A stretch of 64,000 nt of DNA from Callorhinchus milii. Taxonomy: Eukaryota. The translations under genes and the position numbers were made by a program. The stretch is from contig NW_024704743.1 in assembly GCF_018977255.1 (NCBI RefSeq), forward strand, positions 61,940,001-62,004,000, written 5' to 3'. The notes below the pieces were generated by a model. It was not told the DNA's origin, ran no database searches, and saw only the letters and a program-made list of their open reading frames with translations. Shown in pieces: positions 12,701 to 27,700 of the stretch (the stretch's first letter is position 1; the number at the start of each line of letters is the position of its first letter).

Positions 12701-15700
12701 GTGGGCAATGAAGATTTTGAGGTAGATTGGAAGAATGATAGTTCGGAAGGTGTTCAAAACACGAGAAGGAACAGAGAAGCAAAGGAACAGACTGTTTGGG
12801 GACCCGGGTATTAGTGCTGTACTGTCGGTTTGATGGGGTCTGCTGGAAAGTGTAGTCTGGTGAGGTGGGCTTGGTGACCGGGTAGGTGTGGCAGGTTTTG
12901 ATACGGTCAAGAGTGAGATTGTACAGCTTTTAAAAGTTACACCTATTTTTTTTGTAAATGTTGAACTTGGAATTAGAATTCATTAGAATTTAAGCAATTT
13001 ATTAATGTCTTTCATTGACACTAGATTTGAATTATTTTAAAAAGGTAATATGATAAATTTTGATTTGTAACAATTCAAAGCTTACAGAATGTAGTAAACG
13101 TTCCAGATATATGGCACCAGGGAAAAGATATTTTAAGTTTTGTGGAAGCAAACTCATTTTGTGAATTAAAAGCACAGTTATTGAAATTATGTTTGTGTGT
13201 TCGGCTTTTTATATATTTTTTGCTTGCTGTGCACAGTCTTCTCAAGTATCACCAATGTTTGGAAATAGATTTTGTGACTTTCTGTTTACTAGTGCCATAG
13301 AATTTATGAGATGTTCTCTGGCACGCTTAATTGTTTATCCTCGCTGTTAAAAATTCAAGTACATATTTACTGTTAAGTAGCCAGTTAATGGAATTTAGAA
13401 AAGCACCTGACTATCACAAAACACGTTTTGTACAAATATATCACAAGACCGACTTTGCTTTTTACAACTTCATTTATTATCTTTTAGATTGCTATTGTCG
13501 AAGCAGTTCACGAGAAGTGCTCTGTGGTACTGATAATGAAGCATATAATAACACCGGCTACTTTTCTTGTCAGAAGCCATGCAGCAGGTACCCTTTTAAA
13601 GTTTGTGATGTTATCTTCTTACATAATCTGTTATTAGTGATTTGCAATGTAAGTGATTTTCATCACATTTTACATAAATGGTTTGATTTTATGACAGACC
13701 AGTTTTGATATCTATTGAAATTCTTCATATTAATGGGCAAAATGACACCTATGTGCCTTAAACATTTTCTGAGCTTTTCAATTTACAACACATTCTGTTA
13801 CACACATGAGTTAAGACCATTGTAAAGTAGTACCTGCAGTGCAAGGCATTTTTGTTTTATTGCCAACCAGCTAGATAAACTAAGGAAATATTCATCCCTT
13901 GGAGTTCCTCGCTCATGCACCCAAGTTCTCATGCTGATTATTGAACGGAAAATCAGTTTAAATTTAAGTTAAGTTCCTTCTGATAGAAGAAATTTAAGAA
14001 GTAGAAAGTTTGTATGTTATGCTTCAAGTTGCTGAGTTTAGTTGGCAGGACCTGGAAAGGCAGACCAATCACTGGGAGCAGGAAATTATTCCACTCAGCT
14101 GCTGTTGACCCTGCAAGCCAAAGCCCTAATGGGTAGGGTGGTCCTAGCTGGACAAGCAGCAGGAAAACTTGCCTAACAATGCTATCAATGGCAAGCTATG
14201 CAACTTTAGCTGGTCAACGCACACTCTGGGGTCCCCAAGCCTTCGCTCTTGCCAACCTATGCCTAATATTTTCCAGAATTAGGTAAGCAGGATGCATCCC
14301 TCCAGGGAGAGAGTGCCATTTCATTCCAACAGTCTTCTCTCAGGAATTTCCGTGTGTAGATGGGATGCATGGAGTTTTCGGTTTGGTTTGGATGCTCTTC
14401 AGCATGGAGGTGGCTTTCCACATTTGTCAAATTAAAAAAAAGTTGTTTTATTTTGAAACTAATCTGTGATTTCAGTACCAAATGTGAATCAGATTCTGTT
14501 ACAGGGCATCAATTTAAGATTTAGCAAATCAGCTAATGGGGAGGTTAGGAGAATTCGTTTCAGGCACAGAGTGGTAACGGTAAGGAATGCCCTGTTAGGA
14601 GGGGTGGGTTGAGGTACAATCTAATTTAGGTTTCGAAAAGGAACTAGGTAGGTATCTAAAAAGGTGTAAACTGCAGGAGTATGAGAGAAGGACAGATAAA
14701 TGGGACTGAAACGATTACTCTCATAAGAGCCAGCACAGACAAAATGTTCTTAATTTAGCCAAATGGTCTTCTGTGATGTCAATTTGTATGGTTCTGTGTA
14801 ATATTTCTAAATATTTCAAATCTGTTCACTTCTTTAGAATGCTCAACTGTGGCAACCATAACTGTCTTCAGCTTTGCCATTCATCTCAATGCCAACCCTG
14901 CCCTCGCCTGCCTGAATTGGTACAAACCTGCCCTTGTAAGCAGACTCCCCTGTGCAAACTTTTAGAGCTTGGTTATCCAGAGCGCAAAAGCTGCACCGAT
15001 CCAGTACCCTCCTGCGGGAAGACATGTGGCAAGATACTACCATGTGGTTCAGATGGTGAGGAGAAGACATTTTTAGTTTGTTCGACACCAATAACATCTT
15101 GCAGTTACATAATAATAATCCTTGCATTTGATATAGTGCCTTATCATGTCTTCGAGACGTCTCGAAGAGCTTCACAGAATATACATTGAATATACATTGA
15201 AGTGCATTGAATGTATATTTAGCTCCCTTCACTCAAGTAGAATCTCTGAATGCTCAACAGCAATGTGGTTTAATGCTAATCAGTGACAGGAGGTGACCAA
15301 AGGCACAGTCGAATAGAAAAGGCATCAGGTGTGATTTGAAGGCGGGCAAAGAGTGGGCAAGATGGAGAAATTGAGGCAAGGAGTTCCAGAGATTCAGTGT
15401 TCTGGTTTTCTGTGAGCAGTGCACGCAAGAAATGTATTGGGAACAGATTATGTTTAGAAATTATTTTAGACGTCGTGATTTTGCTATTTTGGGAGGTTTA
15501 CCAATGAACCTTGAGAAGAGTTTTTCTAAAATAAAATCAGTAAAACCGTGGATCACCAGTACAGTAAAACACGCATAAGTCTTACCGTATAATTGCTCAA
15601 GTCATACATGCACCCAAATCCCATTCAGTTTCCTAACAAAGCTACTTAGATTTATTTGCACTAGTTGTATTTATCATCTCCTAACTTGTAACGCCATTTC

Positions 15701-18700
15701 CTTACCCTCCATTACTCTCGCAATTACCGATTGCCTTGAATCACCAGAATTGACGTCCTGACCTATCGACACAAGTGCACTTAATGGCCGGCTGCACTGA
15801 ATCGCAGGAAACGTAGACTTGATTTGTCACTGTTTGCACAGAAGAATTTCATTTCCTGTGATTCTTGTGATCATTAGCTGCTTGACTTGTTTTACTTGCT
15901 TGAAGTGATCTGGTATGACGTGCTTATTCCAGTGCCCAGTAAGTAAGGCAATCGTTTATTTTTGATACTCAACAGCAGTAGTTACTTTTATGCTTTTCTT
16001 TACAGAAAGTATGAGATGACCATTCAGGTGCAATATTAATGTAGTTTTTTTCTTCAAATCTAGATTTGATTCATACTTGTAATAATCTTTGCCACGAAGG
16101 TGAATGTGGACCATGTTCTGGAAATTCAACTGTTTCCTGTCGGTGTGGTTTTAAAAAGAGGGTGAGTACTTGGCTGGCTAACGGGCACAGGATGTTACTT
16201 TTTTCAGCACACTGCTATAAAATTACAGCTGTTCCAGGCTTGTGTTTGAGCACTGCCGTGCCATGTTGCTGAGTATATATTGTTCTGAACCTTCAATCTG
16301 AAAGGAGCTGTTCACCCCGTATCTTCAATGAGTGTGGGAAGGGTTTATTGTATTGTGCATTGTGTTTTATTCTATTTCCTCATAACATTTGGGAATAAAC
16401 TGCTAAGCAGAGTTTTGAGTTAATGACAGTTTTAACTTGCATAATGATTGATTGTCCTTTCTGTAGGATGTTCCCTGTCTTGACATCACTAAAGAAGGTA
16501 ATGACTTAAATTCTTCAAGTATTTTCAAATCATTAAATGTAGAGGTAAAAGCTGAAAAATTATAAAAATGAAAAATTATATAAAGTATTTTCTCTTTGCT
16601 TGAATCACCTCATATCTTGCATTGTCTTTGTATAAGAGGATGAGGTGGGAAACTGCTCCTGACCTTCACCATCATCACTGTAAGATCAGTCACCAGGAGG
16701 TGCCTTGAGATGATTCTCCATCTGATGATCACCCCATGCCTGCCCAGAGCACCTTGGCTGAGTTTGATAACTCACTGAGTCCTACCGTTGCATTACCATT
16801 CTGAATACATTTCATAAATAACTATCCTTTCTTTTGTTGACCATTCAGGATTTTTATAGTAAATAAATCAATTTAGATTACTGGTTTACTTTCAATTGCT
16901 TAGAATTAAATTGGAATTTAATTCCATAGAATAGATCCTAAAAAGGAAGATCCTGAAAAAATGTTCTTTGAATGGTTGTCCTCATTTTTCAATGTTTTCA
17001 ACCACTCATAACAAAATATTTTAGTTATCCTTTAACCTTATAATGTTGTTTAAAATTATGAAATGATTTGATAAAGCTGTTTCTACTTGCCAAACCAATG
17101 GGGTAAATATAAAATAGCAAGTAGCAGATACAAATGGAGTTTAGTTTAACCATCTATGATTTGGTCTAAATGCTGTCTTAAACAATGGTAAAAGAATGGC
17201 CAAGAATGAAGCCACATCATAAATGGAAAATTAACTTTAAGGAGTCAAAGAAAGGAAGGGAGTCATATTTTCAGAATTGAAAAAGTTTGCTTTTTTTAAT
17301 ATTTTTCTAAAAGTGAAGAAGAAAATGGTCCTGGATTTAAATGCAGTGCTAGAGCCTAATGTTTGGGTAACCGTGTGGTTGTATTTCCAAAACAAGAAAT
17401 CAGCCTTAAGTATATGGATGCACGTCTTTGTGAATTGCTGTGAAATATCCTCTCTCTTACAGTATCCTCTCTCTTTGCTGTAAATCTCTTGTGCAGCTGA
17501 TCTGCTGTTTTTGTGTGACAAACGCTGCAATAAGAAACGTTCTTGTGGCCGTCATAAGTGCAATGAAGTTTGTTGTGTGGTAAGTGTTGAGCATACCATT
17601 ACTCATGTATTTTCATAAAAGCTCAAATGAAATAATTCTGAAATTCTTATACCAAGCAAATTCCACACACTATTACAAAAGGATATGGGAATGAGTAAGG
17701 AATGGGGAGACTTGCGTGAAGTATAACCACTGCACTAGTTGGACCAAATAGCCTGTTTCTATACTGTACACTCTATGCAGACTGAAGTTGAATTGGCTTT
17801 AATGGGACATGCTTGGCCATAGAATGTGTTCTGTTTGGTTTGGATACTCCTAAGCATGGTAATGAGTTTTCATATGAGTGAAACACCAAAAAAAAACAAC
17901 TTTAGCACGAAACTTTTCCAAATATTTGCTGAACAGAGAAATATGTCTATATTTGTCTGGTTAGATGAATGTTAATGGTCCATTGGCAACATTCAAAAAG
18001 AGAGCAGAGTTGTTCCTGGTGTCTTGGCAAATAATTCCCCCAGATAAAAATTGGTCATTCGTGTTATGGTTGTTTGTAGTATATTGACGTGTGCAAATTA
18101 GCTACGCACCTGCCTACAAAATATCACTAAATTTTACATCTTGTGAACCGCTGTGTGATGTCCTCCTGACATGAAAGACACTATCAACTGTAAGGATTAT
18201 TATTAATAACTGTTTACTGTTTGGAAGGGGTTTAGAGGCTGCAATTCATTTAATCATTTATTCCTTTTTTTTTTTTGCAAGGACACCGAGCACAAATGTC
18301 TTCTCATTTGTGGACGCAAGCTCAACTGTGGACAGCACAAGTGTGAGGAGCCTTGTCACCGTGGGAACTGCCAGACTTGCTTGCAAAGTGGTAAGTAGAA
18401 AACTATAACTAGCTGTTGTGTAATATGTTGATTTGGTCTTTAAATTATAATTTCAAGTTTACACTTCTTGGGGGCAGCCTTGTGTCTAGGGTTGATCCTG
18501 CTAACACCTATTATGAGCACTGTGTGGGAAGCTTCCCGCTGCATCCACCTAGGACTGTAGTACCCATAAGGGTTGAGGCTGCGCAGTTAATAGGAGCTAA
18601 GTAGAAAGAAGCCCTGCCTGAAGTCTGGTCAGCCTCTTCAAGTTCTGCTGAAGAGCCAGATTGGCTGGTCTGTGGTCAGCGGTGCTTTGGAATATTGCAT

Positions 18701-21700
18701 CCCACCTGTCTCAGGAAACAGGTTACTGAGACTGCCACATAGGATTGGCACAATTCTCACATTCCATTGCCAAATACATCACCCTGGAGCCAGCCCCAAG
18801 GAGACGCCACCTACTTCCTCAAAGAGACGGCCACTAAAATGTGTAATATTTTTTAAGGAAGCCTGTAAACTATTGTAAACCAAGTTTGTAATATTTTCAT
18901 GTGAATCGTGGCATAATTTTTGTAGCTGTGTGACACTCTTGTGTGAATATGATAGATCTGGTTTTGCCCAAACACTCACAATACTTTAGGAACATAAGAA
19001 TGTAAAGATCTGGAAAAACTGGAATGGTCCATCTAGCGACCGTAATATAAATTTACAGACACAACCTGCCTCTCCCACCTCCATTGGGACTCCTTTCCAT
19101 ATTGTCATCATTACTCTGAAGTAATTAAATCTGAACTGTCAGTTAATTTCCCTTTGTGAACGTGTTTAGTTGATTGTATTGTGTTGCTATGTTAAATAAT
19201 AATAATTCTTGCATTTAATAGAGTTTTTCACGTTGGAGGATGTCTCAAAGAGATTCAGAGGATAATCTATACAATAATCTATACAAATGTAATTTTGTTG
19301 TTGTAATCTGTAAAGTGTAGTGACTAGTTCGTAAGCGCAAGTTGCAGCCAATTTACACACAGCAATGCCCCATAAATAGCCATGAAGTGAATGATTAATT
19401 TTATTTGGTGAATTGTTGGCCAGCACCAGATGTTGAATTCTTCCTTGAAATCGCCCCCTGACAACCTTCAGTCTAAGCATTCTCAGAGCCCCTTTCTAAT
19501 TCAAGCTTTATTTGTTATTGCTGTACTCTCTAATATCCCTGCACAAATTCACTATCACTTACTGTAACATGCTATACACCCAAAGATTGTACTTACTCTC
19601 TTTCCTGCTGTCACATTGCTGTGCAGATGGTATTAGCGATCTATCCAATTAGTAAGTTTTTCTCCTGTGTTATGTTCTAAACACTAATACCATTTTTGTT
19701 TGTTACAATTGATTATTTTACTTCCTCAGTCATATCACTGCATTTGTCTATATTAGATATTTACCTGCCTTAAATGAACTATGATATTTACCACTTGTAA
19801 AGAGCCCAACTCCAGTCCATTCCTATTGTTTGCAATTGTCCCTCCCCTCAAAAGAAAAGCTAGTATCTTCAGCAAACTTGGATAGTTTTCAGATCAGACT
19901 TTCCTCTTCGACCGTGCTTACGGTCACCTTCCGACTTGGTGTCAGGCTCTACCACTATTAAGCGCTCCGAGACTGTCCAGCGTGATGGGTGCTATATAAA
20001 TGCAAGTTGTTGTTGCTTCTGACACTACCCCTCACCCCAAATATTTATAAATAAAGTTACTGCTTGTGACAAACGTGCAGTATAGCTAAACACATTAAAG
20101 GATTAAAGGATTGCTTCTTTGCCCCTCTCAGAGAATCAATCATGTTCTTCAAAATTCCTTCATGTGTAAACTGTTGCAGGGTTTGATGATGGAAGCAGTT
20201 TTAAGATATATAATGTGACGATCCGTTCAACATTTGCTATTTAGGTTTTGATGAACTGACATGTCACTGTGGAGCATCAGTGATCTATCCTCCAGTACCA
20301 TGTGGTACCAAGCCTCCAGAGTGCAAAAACCCCTGCTGTAGACTTCATGAATGTGATCATCCAGGTGAGAAAAGATCAACTTCACCATAACATCTTTTAT
20401 TCTGTTAGTACAGGTTAACACAGCACCAATTATCAGTGGGTTGCTATTCATTCATTCTCCACAGGGTGATGCTTCATTTATTGGTGCTGTAATTTTCTTC
20501 AGTAAGTTTTGTTTTAAGTATTTCTTGGAAAGGAAAAAAATAGGGGGAAAAAAAAGTACTAATAGTCCTCACTTCTTTCTCCTTGACATTGCACAATTCC
20601 CTTTAGTCATCCAGGTAAATGTTTGAGATTTTGTTTACTTTTTGTTGCTCACCTACTTTAGGAAATTAAGTTATGGAAGAGAGTCCATGGCAGTTTAAAT
20701 TCTGTAAAACCCTTGGTTTGTTCCAAAGTTCGTAAATATCATAGATTTTATTCTTACTCCAATTCTACGTACATGATTTCCCCTTTTGCACCATAGTGTG
20801 CTCTGCAAATCTCAAATTGTTTAACAATCATTTATTTTAAAATGTACTTATGAAACTTTATAAGTATTTAATCATGTTGTTAATGTCCATTTTATTACAT
20901 TGCTGCAGTGTTCCACAATTGTCACAGTGATGAGAAGTGCCCACCTTGTACATATCTCACCCAAAAATGGTGCATGGGAAAACATGAAGTAAGTATGGTT
21001 AAGTAAAGAAACTGTGTGTGTGTCTCAGTTCCGCAAGAGATCTCCCCCACTCCCTCTCTCCTGGAGTCAACTGTACTCCTGCCCCTCTGGGCTTCCCACT
21101 GCAATGACCTACCATTGTTGTATTAATTCAAAAAATAATTCTATGGGATGATTTATACTTGCATTTTCCTCCAGAGTAGAATGGGTATATGATTTTCAAA
21201 TATTTATCTTGTACACGTACGTGAAAATATTAGTAGCCCCAACGTTACTTTATTTTCTGTAACCGAACAAGTGAGTCCTTTGAAAGTTTAACAGTCACAA
21301 AAAGTAGTGGGTAAATAATTCATTAATTTTTGTCACAAAGTAATGTTGGTGGTGACATAACAACCCAGAAATTTGATGGATTTTGTCATGTCACCTCTAT
21401 CCAACCACTGAGATATTGGTCCTAGATAACCATTTATAACAACTCTATAATTACTGAATATCATTGATGTCTGAGGTGCATTCCATTGCTTTTTAAGAAT
21501 TAAACACTTAAGATTTCTCATTTGGATTTTAGGTGAGCAGTCGTATTATAACAAAACTGCTATTTCTTTCATTTGCGTCTTCAATAAGTTGCATCATTTA
21601 TTTTTTCCCATCAGCAAGTTGAGTCACCATAGGCCTATTTGTATAATGGCAATAAAATGTTAGGAGTGTTAATTGTGGGTTATTAGTGAACATGTTGAGG

Positions 21701-24700
21701 CAGTATAGAATATCAAAGTCTCTTTCCGTGTTGTATCATAAGAGGATGACTAGAGAAACTCCTGAATTGTCAAATATTGTACATTAGATTACAGTGCCTT
21801 AGAACTGTTTACAAACACATTAAACGCACATTGGCTCAGCTCTAGAATATGTAAATTGTAAATACAATTTGTTCAATTGAGCACGGCCTGTAATTTACTG
21901 GCTCTGGGAAACTCAGAACTATTTATTTGTGGCTGTTTGCATTCCAGTGTCTTGTAGCTCTACTTGGGCGGATTCCACAGCATTTAAAGCTCACAATGAA
22001 TATCATCCTTCTTTTTCATCAGTTGTAATTACATGTTTCCAAAGCCAAGTGAAGATTTCGCAAGCCAAAATTTAACTTGTCGGTTTGAAGTCCTATGTCT
22101 GGGCAGCATATATTTCACTGAAAATACTTCTAATTAGGTTTAACACAACTTTTTCTTTTTCAGTTGCGGAACAATATACCATGTCACCTCACTGACATCT
22201 CCTGCGGTCTTGCTTGTAACAAACTCCTTGATTGCAGCATGCATAAGTGTAAGAGGATTTGTCACAAAGGGGACTGTGCTACCGAAGAGCAGTGTAAACA
22301 GATGTGTATGATCCGTAAATCCGATTGCAATCATCCATGTATGGCTCAGTGCCATCAAGGTTCACCTTGCCCAAAGAGCCCGTGCAATGCAGAGGTACGA
22401 TATAAGATATAAAAGAATAGTAATTGTATAAGAGTGACTAGTAACAGAGTAAGAATCTTTACAAGTAGATACACCAGATTATTATTATTTGCAGGCTTTG
22501 TGAAGCATGTATTTAATAAACACTGACCTGGTAATTTAAGCCACCATTGGTCATCAGTGCATGTAGCTTACTGCCCAATTTTCCATACAATTCCATCAAT
22601 GTGTCCTTATATAAATCAAATAGCCCTGAGTCATTTTAGTTGACAGTAATTTAGCCGGTTTTATTTTGATACCCTTTGCACTTTATAGCTCTTAACCAAA
22701 TCTGATATAATAATATAATAAAAGTTCATTCTAAAATCATTATCAATTGGATAGTGAGGAATTTAAGATTGATGCAGATTAACAAATTAATTAATCAGGA
22801 TTTAATAATACCAGTGCTGAAATGGAAAAGTATTCTTTAAATGAAATGTACTCACCATGTCAGCTATTGTATTGCAGGTGGCATTGCACTGCAGCTGTGG
22901 ACGTAGGAAAGAGACAATGGTGTGCAGTGAGGCATCCAGTAATTACCAGAGGTAAGCACTATTTCAGTAGGCAATTCATTCTCGAGTTCAGAGTTTCATT
23001 TGTCAACTATAATTCGATTCACAGATGTAAGATTATGCTATTAACATTTTCATTCTTCAGCAATTACATTTGGGAAGGGGTGTTGAACAGATTTCACTTT
23101 TTTCATTTTAAAATAATAATCCTTGCATTTGATATAGTGCCTTTCACATTGGGAGGCCATCTCAGTTTAACCTATTATCTGAAGGACACCACCACTGATA
23201 ATACAGCATTAGAGTGCCAGATCTTTGAAAGTGTTTGTGATTCAAACGGCTCAGTTGATAGTATGCCCATCTCTGGGTCAGACATTTGTAGATTCAAATT
23301 CCACATTGAGATTTTAAGATCATAGTCTAGATTGGCATTCCAATGCACTGCTAGGGATTTGCTGATTCGGAGATGCCATCTTTTGTCTAAACTGTTAATC
23401 CGAGGACCCATCTATCTGTTTAGGTAGATATCAAAAATCACATTGAATTATTCAAAACGGAAAAGGAGTTTTTCCCAATGTTTTAAATTGGCTGCTGCTT
23501 TTGCCTGCAAATATAGTCGCCACACAAGGCAGCAATTTTCTGTGTTATGAGATGTTTCGATGGGATAGTGATTATATCAAATGTAAGCACTATTATAAGT
23601 GTGAAGAAAATTTGCATAAAAACTTAAGTGTTGGTGTGGTGAATGCATTAATAGCAAAAGGCGCAAATTTCATTGAAACCATCCAATAGATACTCATTCT
23701 GCTTTATTTTGATGCATTTGAAAGTTCATTTAACATCTAGATGTGTTTTAACTTCAGGTGCATACGACAACATCTTAGGTGTGGGGGAGGTTTATTTCAT
23801 TAACATAAATTATTATACGAGTATCTGGATCTTTGAGAATAGCATTTTTTTAAATGTTGTATGAAGTGGGTTTTATTCTTTGCTTGCTCTCTGTATAGGA
23901 TTGCTGCTATTGCCATGGCCAGTAAACTTTCTGATATCCATCTTGGAGACACCGTGGAAATTAGCAGACTCATTACTAAGAAAGAGATGAAACAGACCAG
24001 GTAAATGAAATTTATCTTGTTTAATCTGTAAATTTAGAGCACAAGACAACAACAAGGAATGGTACCACTCCAGTAGTAGTAATTTGTGACACTACAGAAA
24101 ATTCAGTTGGAAAAAATATATAATTTATAATCTAGAAATGCCAAAAGATGATTTTTTTAGGAAGCCCACCAATATAATTTGAATAAACAGTTGCAATGTT
24201 ACTTTACGCATCTCAAAGTATAAAGGTTATTGTTTATTAAAAGGTTTCTATAGTAACGTGTTATAATAATCCTTGCTTTTGATATAGTGCCTTATCGTGT
24301 CATTGAGACGTCTCAAAGCGCTTCACGGAATATACTGTAAAGTGAATTGACTGTATTTTGTGGGCAAAACATAACAGACGATTGCGCACAATAGTATCCC
24401 ACGAACAGTTGTGGATTTATTATTTATTATTAATAAATATGCTGTTATTATTAAATAAGTGTTCTAAATATGCTGCTCAGAAATGAATACTTTTAAAACG
24501 TACAATATTAATAATCCTTGCATTTGATATACCATCTGATCACGTTGTCAAGATGTCTCAAAGCGCTTCAGAGAATATACTGTAATAGTGGATACTGATA
24601 CAGTAGATTGGGTGTGTGTTTTGAGTGTGAATCGCACATATTGCAAATGTGTGATGTTGAAATAAAACAGTGATACCAGGCTGTACTATCAAATTGATGT

Positions 24701-27700
24701 ATTTTCATGCAGGTTGGAGTGTGATGAAGAATGTGCAGTCCTGGAGAGAAATAGGTGAGACACTGAGATGAGTAGTGATGAGATTCTTTTGTTACAGAAT
24801 CACAGTAATTCAAGCAAAATTTCTTTTCTATGGCATTCTATTACATATAATTTCCTATTGAGTCATCTTAAGAAGCTACTTTCAATTTCTGCCTCCCTCT
24901 GACTTGAATCCTTGCTCACCTTGTTCAAGGTCCATCTCAAGATTTACCTCTATGACCATGCTTTCAGCCATCTTTCCCCTCCCCCACCCCAGCTCAGGTG
25001 TCATGCTAGTATTCTTAAGCATTTTTGGAACAACATCCAAATGTGAAATATATAAAATGTAAATTTGTGTTGTATTACTTTCAGGAGCTTTTCGTCAATG
25101 CTTAATATTATCAGGTTGCAAGAGAAGGAATAACACAAAAAGCTTCTTTGTTTTCCGACTGGCCTAATTAAATCTACAATACAATACAACAATACAAAAT
25201 TAAATTTGTAAAGCGACTCTCACGTCGAGAGGACATCCCAAGGCGCTGAACAGTCAGGGAGTAGGACCTGAGCGGGGAGGTGGGGGGGTGATTGGGATCG
25301 GGGGCTAGGAAGGTGGCCAAAGGCACAGTCGAAGAGAAGTGATCCATGCTAAATTTGACCTGTCATTTTGAAAAGGAAATGCTATTAGTGGCACTTCTTG
25401 CATGTTGTGCATATGGGTAGTGCACAGGTAGTGGTGACATGGCAACCTAGAAGTTTGCCGTCGTTTCACACTTTGTTTATAACACTGTGCCCCCCACCTT
25501 GTAATTGCTGGAAGGTATGTGTTGTGAGTTCATTACTGACCTGGCTTACCACTTCTGGAAAACATTTTACATCTGATCCACAAGAGTTGTCAGAGACAGA
25601 AAAACTCTATCTGTCCAGTCAGTTATTCTCAACTGTTTCTATTGTTATGAATGTTCTTTTTCTTTCAAGGAAATTCGCTGAGGCTTTACATATCAACCCC
25701 GCTTTAGATCCCTTTCACACTCGTGGTTCAGGATCAAAGTACAGCGACACTCTGAAGGAAGATGCCAGGTAGATTATGATTGTCAAGTAAATAAGAACCA
25801 ACATTGAAACCACTGTCACAAGTGCAGTTTTGAATATTTATGTGAGCCGTTCCTCTTCTGAGATCTTCATTTTTATTTGATAAGTTGTTTGTGCCAACCC
25901 CTGCCCCATCTAATCTTGTGAATATTCAGGCATGTTCTGAAAATCGTACTTTCATATTTTACTATTAATCCGTAGTAAGATTTGACATTGTATAACGAGT
26001 CCATGTGTCATGAGCAGCTTTCCAAAGAGTTCACAAGCTGTATATGTATCTACCTGTTTTCCAAGTTGAAGGGTAAATCGAGGTTTGCATGAAGATGAAC
26101 AGCTAAAGAAAATATATGTAATTGAAACTGTCAAAAATGTAGATAAGTGATATGAATAGAAGGACTTACAAACACGTGTAACCTCGCTAATTCATTGGGA
26201 TTTGGAAATTAGCCATCCTGCAAAAGTAAAGTGGAATTAACAGCTAAATACATTTAACTTACGTGTAATAAAAAAAACTGTTAAGATTTCTATTGCATTA
26301 AGTTATGTGCTTTTTCTTACTGGTTGCAGAAAGGACCTGAAGTTCGTGAGTGAAGTGGAAGAAGAAATCAAAGCTCTTGTAGAAGCTGTGAATAAGGTTA
26401 GTTCAGCAGTTCAAATCACTAAATATAGTGTCGATGAATTGTTCTGCAGTCCAGTCTTGGAAAAAAATACTGTACCAAAGGGCCGAGAGGATGTCGTTTT
26501 TTAAACCAATGCAGAGCATATGGCATTTGGTGACAGATCTGCATAGCACAGCATAGAATCGTACAGCACAAAAAGAGGCCATTCAACCCATCGAGTCTGT
26601 GCCGGCTCTTTGAATAGAGCAATAAATGTCAGTCCCACTCCCCAGCCCTTTCCCCATAACCCTGCAAACCCGTCCTCCTCAACTACCCGTCTCCCGCGTT
26701 TTTAAAAGTACTTATCGAATCGGCCTCGACCACCCTTTCAGGCAATGCGTTCCAGCATATTTTGCCCTTTTGGAAGTAAGGTTCATAAGTCAGAAGGTTG
26801 GATGTCTTGCTGATTGTGCTACAATAATGTGTCCCTCTATTCTTGTTCCTTTCATCTTCAAACCAAAAAGCAGATGTTGAAAGGAAAAAGTATTTTTTGT
26901 TACAGTAGAATTGATGCAATGGAAATTTCTACCTCGGGCTTAAGCTATTGCACTTTTATAAAATTTGTCATCCTTTGTCAATGAAGCTTATTGCAATTAT
27001 AATCACAGTAAGAAATAATCCTCGCATTTGATGTAGCGCGTTTCACATCCGGAGAACATCTCAAAGCGCTTCATGGGTTTTAAGGACAATAACCCACATG
27101 AAGGGCTCTATATATTGCAAGATGGTGTTTGTATAAAATCTAGTGACTATTTTGTAGGCAAATGCACTACTACAGTATTTTCCTAAATTATGGATTTATA
27201 ATTCCATAAACTTAGTGCAATAATGTATTTTAGTTACAGAGTGACATGAGTACATTTAGTTACATGAGTTCTTGTCTGTGATTCATTATTGGTCCAATTT
27301 AGTCAAGGGGGGGAGGTGAAGAAGAGATGAGATCGAGGAAAGGAATAATGCTTGGGCACGCTACCCTGTGTCGTATCTCTAATCCCAAAAATACATTGCA
27401 GCAGCCTGAAAACAATTGAGTAATGGTGTACGAGAAGGCAAACCTTTGCAGTATTAGAAGGGAGGAAATTAGATTTTTTGTAAGCCTTTCAGCATGTTTC
27501 CAGAATTTATCAAGATGAAGAATTAAATACTTTCAAGTTTCAAAATGCCTACAATGAAAGTGAGATGGGTAAAACTAAGCAGTGCCATTTTTTAATTGGA
27601 TTTTCTTGGAATAAGCTTGAAAATAATTGTCCACCCATTACAATAATAAATACAGGTCCAGTGCCTTGAGACGTCCTCCCGACTGCTACACAAATGTAAT

